Assembly (NCBI GenBank): GCA_049322655.1
Contig: JBMORP010000006.1
Coordinates: 448,410-512,409 of the forward strand
Direction of reading: 5' to 3'
DNA: 64,000 nt
DNA from: Patescibacteria group bacterium
GTDB taxonomy: Bacteria; Patescibacteriota; Microgenomatia; UBA1400; PJMF01
The translations under genes were made by a program, and so were the position numbers. Under the pieces are notes generated by a model. That model was given only the letters and a program-made list of their open reading frames with translations. It had not been told where the DNA came from and did no database searches. Shown here piece after piece: positions 29,185-37,152 of this stretch (positions within the stretch are counted from its first letter, which is position 1; each line of letters begins with the position of its first letter).

Positions 29185-29211
29185 AAAAATCTCCAAGTGG
29201 AGATTTTTTTG
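29185..29211. terminator. Bidirectional terminator hairpin ATCTCCA-agt-GGAGAT with T7
   Basis: Perfect 7-bp stem flanked by A-run/T-run; lies between the minus-strand tRNA and the ORF at 29162. Confidence 0.55.
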
Positions 29212-29220
29212 TTTTAAATG

Positions 29221-29289
29221 TTGCGGGACTAGGAGTCGAACCTAGCCTGTAAGATTATGAGCCTCACGTGCACCGTACACTATCCCGCG
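29221..29289 (-). tRNA. tRNA with CAT anticodon (Met/fMet/Ile2-type); atypical: short D-loop, C1.A72 mismatch under the best-fitting fold
   Basis: Minus strand CGCGGGA-TA-GTGT-ACGGT-GCAC-G-TGAGG-CTCATAA-TCTTA-CAGG-CTAGG-TTCGACT-CCTAG-TCCCGCA-A. T-loop TTCGACT, U8, GG in the D-loop, anticodon loop CTCATAA. The anticodon stem has two G.U pairs. No encoded CCA. Confidence 0.6.
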
Positions 29290-29361
29290 ATGATAAGACT
29301 GACATTATAAATCAAGATTGACTTAATTGCAAAATAGATGAAATTGTTATTAGATTAGTAG

Positions 29362-30717
29362 GTGAAAAAAATAAAAAATAAGTTGCTGGAGACATTCAGT
29401 ATAAATTCAGTTTTTCCCTGGTTAATTATTTTCGGAGTCCTAACTAGATTATTCCTAATTTATAAACTACCACTCTGGGGAGACGAAGCTTACTCTATTT
29501 GGGCAACAGAACAAGCTTGGTTAGGAATCATTAATAACTCTGTAGATCCAGTTCACCCGCCTGGCTATTACTTATTTATTAAAGTTTGGGGCCTAATTAG
29601 TGATCATTTATTCTGGCTAAGATTGTCCAGTTTTGGTGCTTTTTTAATTAATCTTAAATTAATCAAAAAAATATTTGAAAATAATCAAGATTTACAAAAA
29701 ATAATAACTTTTCTTTATGTTTTTTCAGGTTACTTCTTGGTTTTTGACTGGCAACTTAGAATGTACACTCCTAGTTTGACCTTGATATTAGCCTCTTTAC
29801 TATTACAGAAACAAAATAAAAATATACCTCTTCTGTTCATCAACACCCTTGGTTATTTTTTTGACTATGCTTTTTTCTGGTATGGAGCAAGTTTTACTTT
29901 TTTTAGAATTATCAGTGAATTATTCAAAGAGAAAAAAGTATCAACAACCAGCAAAATCAACTTAAGCTCGTTTTTAATTTTCTTAACTTGGCTAGGTTTT
30001 AATCCTGGTTTAATCTTTTCTGGAGAAGAAGGTATCGGCTGGGCAGTTAAATATTACGATCCTCTTTTTCACTTGCCTTATTTTTTGGGTACTCATGCTT
30101 TTCCTTGGCTGAGCATCTTTTTCATCATCTTATTAAGCCACGGAGTGATAACTTTTTTTAAAAAAGAGAAAACTGACTTAATCACAGAAATAATTTTTAT
30201 CAGCACTTGTTTTCTTTATTCAAGCACTCTTTTAGTATCTGTTTTACAAATCTTTAAAATTTTTCACTTCAGAAGTTTAAATATTATTCCTTTAATGTTT
30301 TTACTAGCAATTGCCTGGTCATTAAGATTTTTTAAGAAAAAAAACAAAAAAATATTTTTTTTAATTTTGCTTATTTATTTTATTAATTTTATTGGAGCAG
30401 TCATTGTGCATCTCAGCTATAAAGATGACAATGCCGGTAAACTAATCGTTCATTTTTTTCCATGGAAATACTCTTTTTCACAGATATTAAAAACCAATGA
30501 TGTCAATCAAAAATATATTTCAATTAAAGAAATACCCACAGAAAATATTGAATATCTATATATCTGGAGTTTTTTCTATACTGCGAGAGGTAAAGAGACT
30601 CTAGGAGAAAAATCAATCGAGGTTAAAATAGAACCAGCCAAAGATTATCAAGACTGTCAAAAAATAGAAAATATTGAATATTATTGGCAATCTTACCTTT
30701 GCCCAAAAAATTATTAA
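29362..30717 (+). CDS. GT-C-fold glycosyltransferase-like membrane protein (ArnT/PMT, GT39/83-like); very AT-rich
   Basis: ~11 TM helices; first extracytoplasmic loop carries PLWGDEAYS (DE motif typical of ArnT/PMT); 451 aa. Confidence 0.5.
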   Translation: MKKIKNKLLETFSINSVFPWLIIFGVLTRLFLIYKLPLWGDEAYSIWATEQAWLGIINNSVDPVHPPGYYLFIKVWGLISDHLFWLRLSSFGAFLINLKLIKKIFENNQDLQKIITFLYVFSGYFLVFDWQLRMYTPSLTLILASLLLQKQNKNIPLLFINTLGYFFDYAFFWYGASFTFFRIISELFKEKKVSTTSKINLSSFLIFLTWLGFNPGLIFSGEEGIGWAVKYYDPLFHLPYFLGTHAFPWLSIFFIILLSHGVITFFKKEKTDLITEIIFISTCFLYSSTLLVSVLQIFKIFHFRSLNIIPLMFLLAIAWSLRFFKKKNKKIFFLILLIYFINFIGAVIVHLSYKDDNAGKLIVHFFPWKYSFSQILKTNDVNQKYISIKEIPTENIEYLYIWSFFYTARGKETLGEKSIEVKIEPAKDYQDCQKIENIEYYWQSYLCPKNY

Positions 30718-30759
30718 CTCGTCAAAAAAACAATCTCTTGATATAATTCTTGCTTATAA

Positions 30760-30833
30760 GCCAGGGTAGCTCAGTTGGTTAGAGCATCGGATTCATAAAC
30801 CGAAGGTCGTGAGTTCAACTCTCACCCCTGGTA
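30760..30833 (+). tRNA. tRNA-Met (anticodon CAT)
   Basis: GCCAGGG-TA-GCTC-AGTTGGTTA-GAGC-A-TCGGA-TTCATAA-ACCGA-AGGTC-GTGAG-TTCAACT-CTCAC-CCCTGGT-A; canonical cloverleaf, G1.U72 wobble, A31.A39 mismatch. Confidence 0.85.
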
Positions 30834-30869
30834 CAAAATCACTTTTTCTCGTCATTTCATTCCTCGAAT

Positions 30870-30906
30870 GTGAGTTCACCCTAAAGGGTATAAACAACTC
30901 TCACCC
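30870..30906 (+). repeat. Partial direct duplicate of the tRNA-Met 3' end (T-arm/acceptor) interrupted by a 16-17 nt insertion
   Basis: GTGAGTTCA[ccctaaagggtataaa]CAACTCTCACCC versus the tRNA's GTGAGTTCAACTCTCACCC (30809-30827); 20/20 identity in two blocks. Confidence 0.5.
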
Positions 30907-30924
30907 ATGATAAAAAACGGCAAA

Positions 30925-30960
30925 GACCCGCCATTTAGGCGGGCCTTTTATTCGATTGTC
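30925..30960. terminator. GC hairpin CCCGCC-attta-GGCGGG followed by CCTTTTATT
   Basis: Seen directly; positioned between the tRNA/repeat and the convergent lipoprotein gene. Confidence 0.45.
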
Positions 30961-30975
30961 TTGGTGATTTTTCTG

Positions 30976-31458
30976 TTATGGATTTCGGTAATCTATTACC
31001 TCCAAGCTAGGGTACATTTCAGAGATGGTGAAGCGATGAGCGTCGCAAACCACATCTCCTGGTTGCAGGGTTGTATTGAAAACCGTTAGCAGGGTTTCCC
31101 AGTCATATCTCTCGATACGGCTTGGATTCCCATCTGCATAAACAAGAATCTCAATAACCTGACCGAAAATGCTTCCCATTTCGTGAGGCTCAGTCCCAGA
31201 CTCCCTCCTCAAAGCAGCAATCGGTCCTTCATCAGGACCAATCACCGCGCAAACACACCAATCAGTGCTCATATTACCTTTAGGGCAATACAAATCACCA
31301 ATGGTGGGCTCTGGGATTAGAGGAGTGGTCGGTTCGGGCATTGCCGTTGCAGTGGCTGTTGCCACAACCTGAGGAGTTACCTCCGGCGTTGGACTACAAG
31401 CCGCAACAAAGAAAACCATTACCCCCAAGACAAGCAAAACAAACTTGTGACTTTTCAT
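30976..31458 (-). CDS. Hypothetical secreted lipoprotein (GC-rich relative to neighbours); start at ATG 31458 with a strong GGAGGTG RBS
   Basis: MKSHKFVLLVLGVMVFFVAAC: signal peptide plus lipobox; Thr/Pro-rich linker; Cys-containing C-terminal domain; GC about 48%. Confidence 0.55.
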   Translation of the reverse strand: MKSHKFVLLVLGVMVFFVAACSPTPEVTPQVVATATATAMPEPTTPLIPEPTIGDLYCPKGNMSTDWCVCAVIGPDEGPIAALRRESGTEPHEMGSIFGQVIEILVYADGNPSRIERYDWETLLTVFNTTLQPGDVVCDAHRFTISEMYPSLEVIDYRNP

Positions 31459-31656
31459 AATAGTCACCTCCATAAAGTCTTGGCGAAAATTCTCCAGCAA
31501 CAATCTTAAAGAGCGAGTTATCTTTCCTAGCCAGGAAAGACAGCCAGCGTCTCTAAGGCATCGGAAAATTACTCACCAGACTTCTAGTATAACAAAATAT
31601 ATCAAAATAGTCAATGTTATAGGATACAAATCACCTTTCACAAAATAACTAAAAAA

Positions 31657-31678
31657 GCCCCTTATCAGGGGCTTTTTT
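31657..31678. terminator. Bidirectional terminator AGCCCCT-tatc-AGGGGCT flanked by A6/T6 (after groEL)
   Basis: Perfect 7-bp stem with poly-A/poly-T flanks. Confidence 0.7.
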
Positions 31679-31697
31679 AATTTTAAAACAATGTTTT

Positions 31698-33314
31698 TTA
31701 CATCATTCCAGGCATACCACCAGTTGGCATAGCTGGTTCTTCTTTTGGCACATCAGTAACTAAACACTCTGTAGTTAAAATCATTGAAGCTACAGAAGCA
31801 GCATTTTCCAAAGAAGAGATTGCTACTTTGGCTGGTTCAATCACCCCTGCCTCCACTAAGTCTTCCAACTTGTTGGTCACGGCGTTGAATCCATAAGTAT
31901 TACTGTTTTTTTGTAATACCTGACCAACTACCCAACCAGCATCTTCACCAGAGTTGGTAGCCAACATTCTCAGTGGCTCAGCCAAAACTGATTTGACTAG
32001 ATCCACTCCAGCTTTTTCATCTTCGCTGGTAGTTTTAAGTTCTTCTAGAACTTTAGTTGTTCTAAGTAAAGTCACTCCACCACCTGGAATAATGCCATCT
32101 TCAATCGCAGCTTTGGTGGCTTCTTTGGCGTCTTTAACTCGTTCTTGAAGATTTTTCATCTCAAGCTCGGTGCTAGCACCTACTTGGATTACTGCTACCC
32201 CACCAGTGAGCCGAGCTTTTCTCTCCTGAAGTTTTTCAATATCAAACTCAGAAGTAGAACTTTTAATCTCAGCCTCGATTTGAGCAACTCTAGCTGTGAT
32301 ATCGTTTTTACTACCTTTACCACCAACAATTCTGGTGGTGTCTTTGGTACATCTGACACTATCAGCTCGACCTAGAGACTCAATCGTAACATCTTTAAGT
32401 GCTCGACCGGTTTCACTACTAATAAAGTCAGCCCCGGTTAACACAGCAATATCTTGCAACATCGCTTTTCTTCTATCACCAAAGCCAGGAGCTTTGACTG
32501 GCAAAGCCTTGAAAGAACCACGAAGCTTGTTAACTACTAAAGTAGTCAAGGCTTCACCTTCAATATCATCAGCAATCATCACCAAACCTTTACCAGCATT
32601 CACCACTTGCTCTAAGACTGGCAAGATTTCTTTAATATTAGTGATTTTTTGGTCGGTCACCAAAATAAATGGATCTTCAATAACTGCCTCCATGTTTTCA
32701 GAATCAGTGACAAAGTAAGGAGAAGCATAACCTTTATCAAACTCCATTCCTTCTTTGTGTTGAATCTCGATTTCCATGGTTTTGCCTTCTTCGACCTCAA
32801 CCACTCCATCTTTGCCTACTAACTTAAGAGCTTCAGCGATTTTTTTACCGATCTCTTCATTTTGGGCAGAAATGGTGGCCACTTTTTCCCAATCACTTTC
32901 TTTGACTGGTTTAGCCACCTTGCGGATTTCTTTGACCACAGTCGCCACTGCTTTATCAATCCCTCGTTTCATAATCATTGGATTGGAACCAGCAGTGATG
33001 TATTTCATCCCTATTTCACTCATCTTCCAGGCTAGAAGGGTAGCCGTGGTGGTACCATCACCAGCTACATCATTAGTCTTAGAAGCAGCTTCTTTGACTA
33101 ATTGAGCACCCATGTTTTCAAATTTGTCTTCTAGTTCAATCTCTTTAGCCACAGACACGCCATCATGGATCACATTAGGAGCTCCCCAAGCTTTATCCAA
33201 AGCCACATTGCGCCCTTTGGGACCCAAGGTCGTAGTCACTGCTTGAGCTAACTGTGTAATTCCAGACAACATTTTTTGTCTAGCTTGATCACCAAATAAA
33301 AGTTGTTTTGCCAT
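31698..33314 (-). CDS. groEL: Chaperonin GroEL; start at ATG 33314 preceded by AGGAGG
   Basis: [12 protein letters not shown]...[10 protein letters not shown]...C-terminal GGM tail ([10 protein letters not shown]). Confidence 0.97.
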   Translation of the reverse strand: MAKQLLFGDQARQKMLSGITQLAQAVTTTLGPKGRNVALDKAWGAPNVIHDGVSVAKEIELEDKFENMGAQLVKEAASKTNDVAGDGTTTATLLAWKMSEIGMKYITAGSNPMIMKRGIDKAVATVVKEIRKVAKPVKESDWEKVATISAQNEEIGKKIAEALKLVGKDGVVEVEEGKTMEIEIQHKEGMEFDKGYASPYFVTDSENMEAVIEDPFILVTDQKITNIKEILPVLEQVVNAGKGLVMIADDIEGEALTTLVVNKLRGSFKALPVKAPGFGDRRKAMLQDIAVLTGADFISSETGRALKDVTIESLGRADSVRCTKDTTRIVGGKGSKNDITARVAQIEAEIKSSTSEFDIEKLQERKARLTGGVAVIQVGASTELEMKNLQERVKDAKEATKAAIEDGIIPGGGVTLLRTTKVLEELKTTSEDEKAGVDLVKSVLAEPLRMLATNSGEDAGWVVGQVLQKNSNTYGFNAVTNKLEDLVEAGVIEPAKVAISSLENAASVASMILTTECLVTDVPKEEPAMPTGGMPGMM

Positions 33315-33351
33315 AATTGTTTCCTCCTTATTGTTCTTATTTATCAAAAAT

Positions 33352-33699
33352 TTATTTAACTATTGCTAAAATATCTTCAAATTTTAAGAATTGATACTCG
33401 ATGTCATCAATCATCACTTCGTTACCACCCCATTTCTTGTAAACTACCATATCGCCTTTTTTTAGCTCTACTTCACAACAGTCAGGAGCTTTTTCATTAC
33501 AGCAACCACCACCACAACACTGGTCCTCACAACAACCACGATCAGCTTCACCCACAGCAAGCACCTTACCATATTGAGGTTTTTCACTATCATTTTCTGG
33601 CAAGATAATTCCAGCTACTGTTTTTTGTTCACTTTTGGCTGGTTCTACCAAAACATAACCTGCCATCGGTTTTAATTGAGCGACTGAAAGACTTTTCAT
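33352..33699 (-). CDS. groES: Co-chaperonin GroES carrying an 8-Cys insertion in the roof hairpin
   Basis: GroES fold (YVLVEP...GKVLAVG...GDMVVYKKWGG...ILAIVK). Insert DRGCCEDQCCGGGCCNEKAPDCCEVE replaces the usual ~13-aa roof loop; 115 aa versus typical ~95. Confidence 0.85.
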   Translation of the reverse strand: MKSLSVAQLKPMAGYVLVEPAKSEQKTVAGIILPENDSEKPQYGKVLAVGEADRGCCEDQCCGGGCCNEKAPDCCEVELKKGDMVVYKKWGGNEVMIDDIEYQFLKFEDILAIVK

Positions 33700-33787
33700 G
33701 TTTTAACTCCTTTTCCCTCAGTTTTAAAACTGAGTACTAGAATAAATTACTTTATACTTGGGCAAACTGACAAAACCTGTCAGTCAA

Positions 33788-33814
33788 TTAGCAATTATAA
33801 TAATCGACTGCTAA
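33788..33814. promoter_or_regulatory. CIRCE-like operator TTAGCAATT-N9-GACTGCTAA upstream of groES
   Basis: Same variant architecture as the hrcA and dnaK sites; about 90 nt upstream of the groES ATG. Confidence 0.5.
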
Positions 33815-33845
33815 AAACTTGTCAACTACTTTTTATTGAGGAAAT

Positions 33846-34490
33846 TTATTCCTGAGGCACTGGCTTTTCTAACGTATCTTTTAAAGGCTGAGTTGGTTCT
33901 TTTTCCAAAACGGTTTGTTCTTTACCACTTGAAGAAATCATTTTTACCTCTGAAAGCAAGAAGCCTTCACAGTTTAAGCCTCTATCTTGGAAGTGTTTAT
34001 TAAGGTCATCTCTGATAATTGCCTCTATTTGTGATCGATTGTTTTTAATTTCATTCAAAGTATATTCACTCACCAATGAAGAGATTCTACTTCTAGAAAA
34101 CGGTCTCACTACCTTGGACACAACATTTTCACCAATGTTTTCCCAAATTTCTGGGGCATTACCTCGATCAATTCTAAACAACACCGACCCTTCAACCGAG
34201 ATATCTCGTCCATCTTTGGTCGAAGTCAAGATTGGAGTATCACCTAAGGCTTCCTTATTAGCTGATAAATCAAAATTTTTGTCAATTGAATATTCCAAAA
34301 CCTGGGCATTAAATAACTTAGCTACTTGCCAAAAAGGAATTTTAAGATGTAAACCAGGACCCCAAACTTTGGGTAAGACTCCACGACCGCGATCATACAC
34401 ACAGGCGACTTGTCCTGGTGGCACAGAAATAAAAAAGCCACCTACTACTTCATCTACTAAAAAAGAAACAACTAGTCTATCGAATTCCAT
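33846..34490 (-). CDS. SPFH/band-7 (prohibitin/HflC-like) domain protein
   Basis: N-terminal TM; ISVPPGQVACVYDRGRGV...GLHLKIPFWQV SPFH core; 214 aa. Confidence 0.65.
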   Translation of the reverse strand: MEFDRLVVSFLVDEVVGGFFISVPPGQVACVYDRGRGVLPKVWGPGLHLKIPFWQVAKLFNAQVLEYSIDKNFDLSANKEALGDTPILTSTKDGRDISVEGSVLFRIDRGNAPEIWENIGENVVSKVVRPFSRSRISSLVSEYTLNEIKNNRSQIEAIIRDDLNKHFQDRGLNCEGFLLSEVKMISSSGKEQTVLEKEPTQPLKDTLEKPVPQE

Positions 34491-34532
34491 AGAATATTAT
34501 TCTACCTTAAAAATTTATTATTTGGGAGTTGA

Positions 34533-34907
34533 CTAAGCCTCAAGATTATCTTCTCCAGATACAATTGTCTGAAAAAGACTCAATGTTTCCTTAAGTTCTG
34601 TCATAACTTGTACTGACAACTCCAAAGTTTTATTATCTAATTTAACTCCATCCAATTGAAAAAGAGATTCGTCAACAAAATTTTCCGCTAACTCACTAAC
34701 AAATTCCTCGTTTTCTCTAAGCCACTCTGTTTGTTCGGTTTGACCTTTAGCAGATAATTTTTTTAAAATTTGGGAGATTTCTTTGATTTGTTGTTGACGT
34801 TGATACAGATCAAATCTAACTTTGGCTGAAACTTGATCATTAGCATTATCTAGTTCGCTTGAAAAGTCATCATCAATAAAAACTTTTATTTTTCTACTTC
34901 TTGGCAT
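34533..34907 (-). CDS. Hypothetical protein (124 aa)
   Basis: ORF only. Confidence 0.35.
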   Translation of the reverse strand: MPRSRKIKVFIDDDFSSELDNANDQVSAKVRFDLYQRQQQIKEISQILKKLSAKGQTEQTEWLRENEEFVSELAENFVDESLFQLDGVKLDNKTLELSVQVMTELKETLSLFQTIVSGEDNLEA

Positions 34908-34997
34908 CTGCTGGCATTATACTGCAGATTTATCTGAAAAAAAGCTAAAACTAGTAAATTCATAGTTACTAGCCAAACCTGGTAAAATACACTCCTG

Positions 34998-36074
34998 GTG
35001 CAAATACTTAAATTAGATAAAAATAACCAACCACAAATTATTGACCAAGCTTGTCAAGTTTTGGCCAACGGTGGAATCGTCATTTACCCAACTGAAACAG
35101 TTTATGGCGTGGGCGTTGATGCCACTAACTTTCAAGCTGTAGAAAAATTATTAGCTTATAAAAGTCGTCGAGAGGGTAAACCATTATCGGTCGCTGTAAC
35201 CAGTCAAGAAATGGCAGAACAATACGTGATTTTGACTGAGCAAGCTAAAAAATTTTATCAACGGTTTTTACCTGGCCCTTATACCATTGTTTCTCAAGGT
35301 AAAAACCAAGTTGCGCCGGCTGTTGAATCAGAGTTTGGCACCTTGGGAATTAGAATTCCTGATTATCCACTGATCACTAACCTAGTCAAAGAATTTGGTA
35401 AACCAATTACTTCTACTTCAGCTAACGGCTCTGACAAAAAAAGACCTTACCAAATTCAAGACATTTTTGATAATTTATCTAAAAAACAAAAAAATCTAAT
35501 TGATTTAGTGATTGATGCTGGAGTTTTACCTCCCAACGAGCCCTCCATCGTCATTGATACTACCCTATCTACTCCTTTAGAAGTAAGAGGCCAATTATCA
35601 ACTCAACCAGCCGACAAAAAATTTTTGACCAAATCAGAGCAAGAAACCAAAAATCTAGCGGGCAAACTTCTCCTTAAATACTGGAACCAACTAAAAAACC
35701 AAGGTCTAATCATCGGTCTTAACGGGAAATTAGGCACAGGTAAAACCATCTTTACTCAAGGAATGGCTCAATTTCTCCAAATTGACCAACCCCTTTCATC
35801 GCCCACTTATAACTACCTAAATCAATATGACTTTACTAGACACAATACCAAAGGTATTCTTTACCACTTAGATGTTTGGAAAATAGACTCTGAACCATCC
35901 TTTAAACTGTTAAATATTCCCAGTTTAGTCGCTCCAAATACCGTAACTGTAATCGAGTGGTGGCAACAAATTGAACCATATTGGCCCACAAACCTGCCAC
36001 TTACTTTTCAAGCTTCGATTAGTGAGGTCGCTGGAGATATTGAAGCCAGAGAAATTAGGATTTTTGAATCATGA
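34998..36074 (+). CDS. Fused TsaC(YrdC/Sua5)-TsaE(YjeE) t6A biosynthesis protein
   Basis: N-terminal YrdC domain (IVIYPTETVYGVGVDATN...KSRREGKPLSVAV); C-terminal TsaE motifs GLNGKLGTGKT (P-loop), SSPTYNY, LYHLDVWKI. Confidence 0.75.
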   Translation: MQILKLDKNNQPQIIDQACQVLANGGIVIYPTETVYGVGVDATNFQAVEKLLAYKSRREGKPLSVAVTSQEMAEQYVILTEQAKKFYQRFLPGPYTIVSQGKNQVAPAVESEFGTLGIRIPDYPLITNLVKEFGKPITSTSANGSDKKRPYQIQDIFDNLSKKQKNLIDLVIDAGVLPPNEPSIVIDTTLSTPLEVRGQLSTQPADKKFLTKSEQETKNLAGKLLLKYWNQLKNQGLIIGLNGKLGTGKTIFTQGMAQFLQIDQPLSSPTYNYLNQYDFTRHNTKGILYHLDVWKIDSEPSFKLLNIPSLVAPNTVTVIEWWQQIEPYWPTNLPLTFQASISEVAGDIEAREIRIFES

Positions 36075-37132
36075 CCAAAATACCAACTATTCTAGCGATT
36101 GATACTTCCTGTGATGAAACTTCTGTAGCTGTAATTCAAGGTCAAAAAGTTCTAAGCAACACCATTGCTTCTCAAATAAATCTCCATAAACAATATGGAG
36201 GAGTTTTTCCCACTGTAGCCAAACAAGCCCATCAAGAAAATATCGATCCAACAATTACCGCTAGTTTAAGACAAGCCAAGCTTACTAAAAAAGAGATTGA
36301 TTATCTGGCCGTTACCCAGGGTCCTGGTCTAGCACCGGCTTTGGAGATAGGTATTCAAAAAGCTCTATCTCTAGGTAAAAACTGGCAAAAAAAGGTTATC
36401 CCAGTCAATCATATTGAAGGACATATCTTGTCTGTTTTAGCCCAACCCAACCCAATTAAAAAAAACTTCACTACCATCAAACCAAAACTTCCTGTTTTGG
36501 CCGTAGTGGTTTCTGGTGGTCACACTGAGTTTATTTTGGTTGAAAAAATCGGAACTTATAAAAAACTCGGGACAACCATCGATGATGCAGCTGGAGAATG
36601 TTTAGATAAAGTAGGTAGGCTCTTAGGTTTAGGCTACCCTGCTGGCCCAGTAGTGGAAAAATTAGCCAAAAAAGGTGATCCCAAATCATTTGCTTTCCCT
36701 TTACCAATGACTACCACTCACGATTACAATCTAAGTTTTTCTGGTATTAAAACCCACTCTCGAAATGCTATTGATAAACTTGAAAAAAACAACCAACTTG
36801 ATAAACAAGCAATTGCTAATTTTTGTGCTTCTTTGCAGTTTGGAGTCTTTCGACACATTACTTATAAACTGGAAAAACTCCTAACAGACCAACCAGTTAA
36901 AGAGTTGTGGCTCGGAGGCGGTGTGGCCGCGAATCTAGAGCTGAGAAAAGCTCTGAAAAAAGTAGCCAAAAAGTATCAATTGAAACTTAGAACCCCATAT
37001 AATAATAAACTTTGTGGTGATAATGCTGCCATGATTGGTCTAGCCGCCTACTATAAAATCAATCAAAACCAAGAATTGCCAACAAATATAGACCGTCGTC
37101 CTCAGTGGCAGATTGACAAGACTTATTTTTAA
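36071..37132 (+). CDS. tsaD: tRNA N6-adenosine threonylcarbamoyltransferase TsaD (Kae1/YgjD family)
   Basis: LAIDTSCDETSVAV, metal-binding VNHIEGH, GGVAAN; ATGA overlap with the upstream gene. Confidence 0.9.
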   Translation: MTKIPTILAIDTSCDETSVAVIQGQKVLSNTIASQINLHKQYGGVFPTVAKQAHQENIDPTITASLRQAKLTKKEIDYLAVTQGPGLAPALEIGIQKALSLGKNWQKKVIPVNHIEGHILSVLAQPNPIKKNFTTIKPKLPVLAVVVSGGHTEFILVEKIGTYKKLGTTIDDAAGECLDKVGRLLGLGYPAGPVVEKLAKKGDPKSFAFPLPMTTTHDYNLSFSGIKTHSRNAIDKLEKNNQLDKQAIANFCASLQFGVFRHITYKLEKLLTDQPVKELWLGGGVAANLELRKALKKVAKKYQLKLRTPYNNKLCGDNAAMIGLAAYYKINQNQELPTNIDRRPQWQIDKTYF

Positions 37133-37152
37133 AATAAGGATATAATGGAAAC

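Noticed and set aside
30907-31089. 60-aa plus-strand ORF between the tRNA repeat and the lipoprotein gene
   Set aside because: Overlaps the terminator hairpin and the 3' end of the convergent lipoprotein gene. No RBS and no motif. Likely spurious.
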